From: Callorhinchus milii
Taxonomy: Eukaryota
Direction: 5' to 3'
Assembly: GCF_018977255.1 (NCBI RefSeq)
Contig: NW_024704743.1
Coordinates: 4,776,001 to 4,840,000, forward strand
Length of the DNA: 64,000 bases
This document shows positions 63,168-64,000 of this stretch, piece after piece. Below the pieces are notes generated by a model that saw nothing but the letters and a program-made list of their open reading frames with translations, ran no database searches and was not told the DNA's origin. The position numbers and the translations under genes are program-made. Numbering within the stretch: position 1 is the first letter of the stretch; every line of letters starts with the position of its first letter.

Positions 63168-64000
63168 AATTACCGCTTGACTGACAGGGACAATCATTGC
63201 ATGAATTCAGATTATCCAATGTGAATCGGCTTCCGTATTCCCAACAAGTACCACACTAAGTCCTCATGTAACTGACCTCGTGATTATTGAGTTCAAGTGT
63301 TCGTTACGACAGGGACTCAACAACATGCAACTGCACTTAATTATTAATTATTGTGCAAGTATGGATCTGTATACACAAGGACATAAAGTACAAAGATCTC
63401 CAAAGTGTGCCAAATGACGCAGTAATAGCTCACGTAACATGTGGGGAGAAGCAGCAGCCACTGCCAACTGGGGAAGCCAGCCAGTTAAGTCAACCAGCCA
63501 AAGTTCAACAGTACTGTACATCCTTATACAAATGTCATTTTGTTGTTGTTGTTGTTTATCACAGTACATCTTATCATCAGTCAACTTCAGGGAATTATTC
63601 TCCGTGGCAACTCACCTTACCTGTCGCATTACGGAGACTGTTTTTGCAAGTGAAGTATATATAGATTCAACTGAAGATGGGTTAGATAATTATCTCACTT
63701 GCGCAAGTGGTGACTAACAGATCACTGACTGATAAACTCTCAGCTCCCATCCACCAAAAAGTGGCATCGTGGGATTGTTTAAAAGTAATATGAAATAAAA
63801 AGAAAATAAAGCAATAAAGCAGTTTTGAAACAGTTTTTTTNACATGCAAGGAAGGCTTTGGCAGAATGTAACCTGTCATTGAAACGGAGTGTAAATCTGA
63901 TGTGAACCTTTGCAGTAAATGTAGATTTATCAAAATTAATCAGTTTTAGGTTCAACCTCATGTTTTATGCTTTCACCAAGTTAAAAATGTATTTCTCATG

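Overview
Eukaryotic, intron-rich vertebrate DNA. The repeat content (Deu-type SINEs with L2 tails, CR1, a Penelope-type hammerhead repeat) points to a cartilaginous fish, plausibly a chimaera such as Callorhinchus; this is an inference, not a lookup. The window holds the 3' part of DIP2C on + (nine constitutive coding exons, 1626-38690, 3' UTR to about 41980) and, tail to tail, the 3' part of ZMYND11 on - (five coding exons, 60425 down to 52303, 3' UTR to about 50610). All splice phases were checked by eye and join in frame. Most remaining sequence is retroposon debris: a young tRNA-headed SINE, older DeuSINE-like copies, L2 and CR1 fragments, and a few DNA-transposon relics. Almost all ORFs in the supplied track are incidental. 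The best leads are (1) three or four candidate frame-preserving microexons (30, 18 and 27 nt with a GC donor, plus a weaker 30 nt one) clustered around one DIP2C exon, (2) a minimal hammerhead ribozyme in a small intergenic element, and (3) a SINE/L2 shared 3' hairpin with a compensatory base change. I cannot support a wholly new biological system from the sequence alone. Repeat boundaries are approximate.
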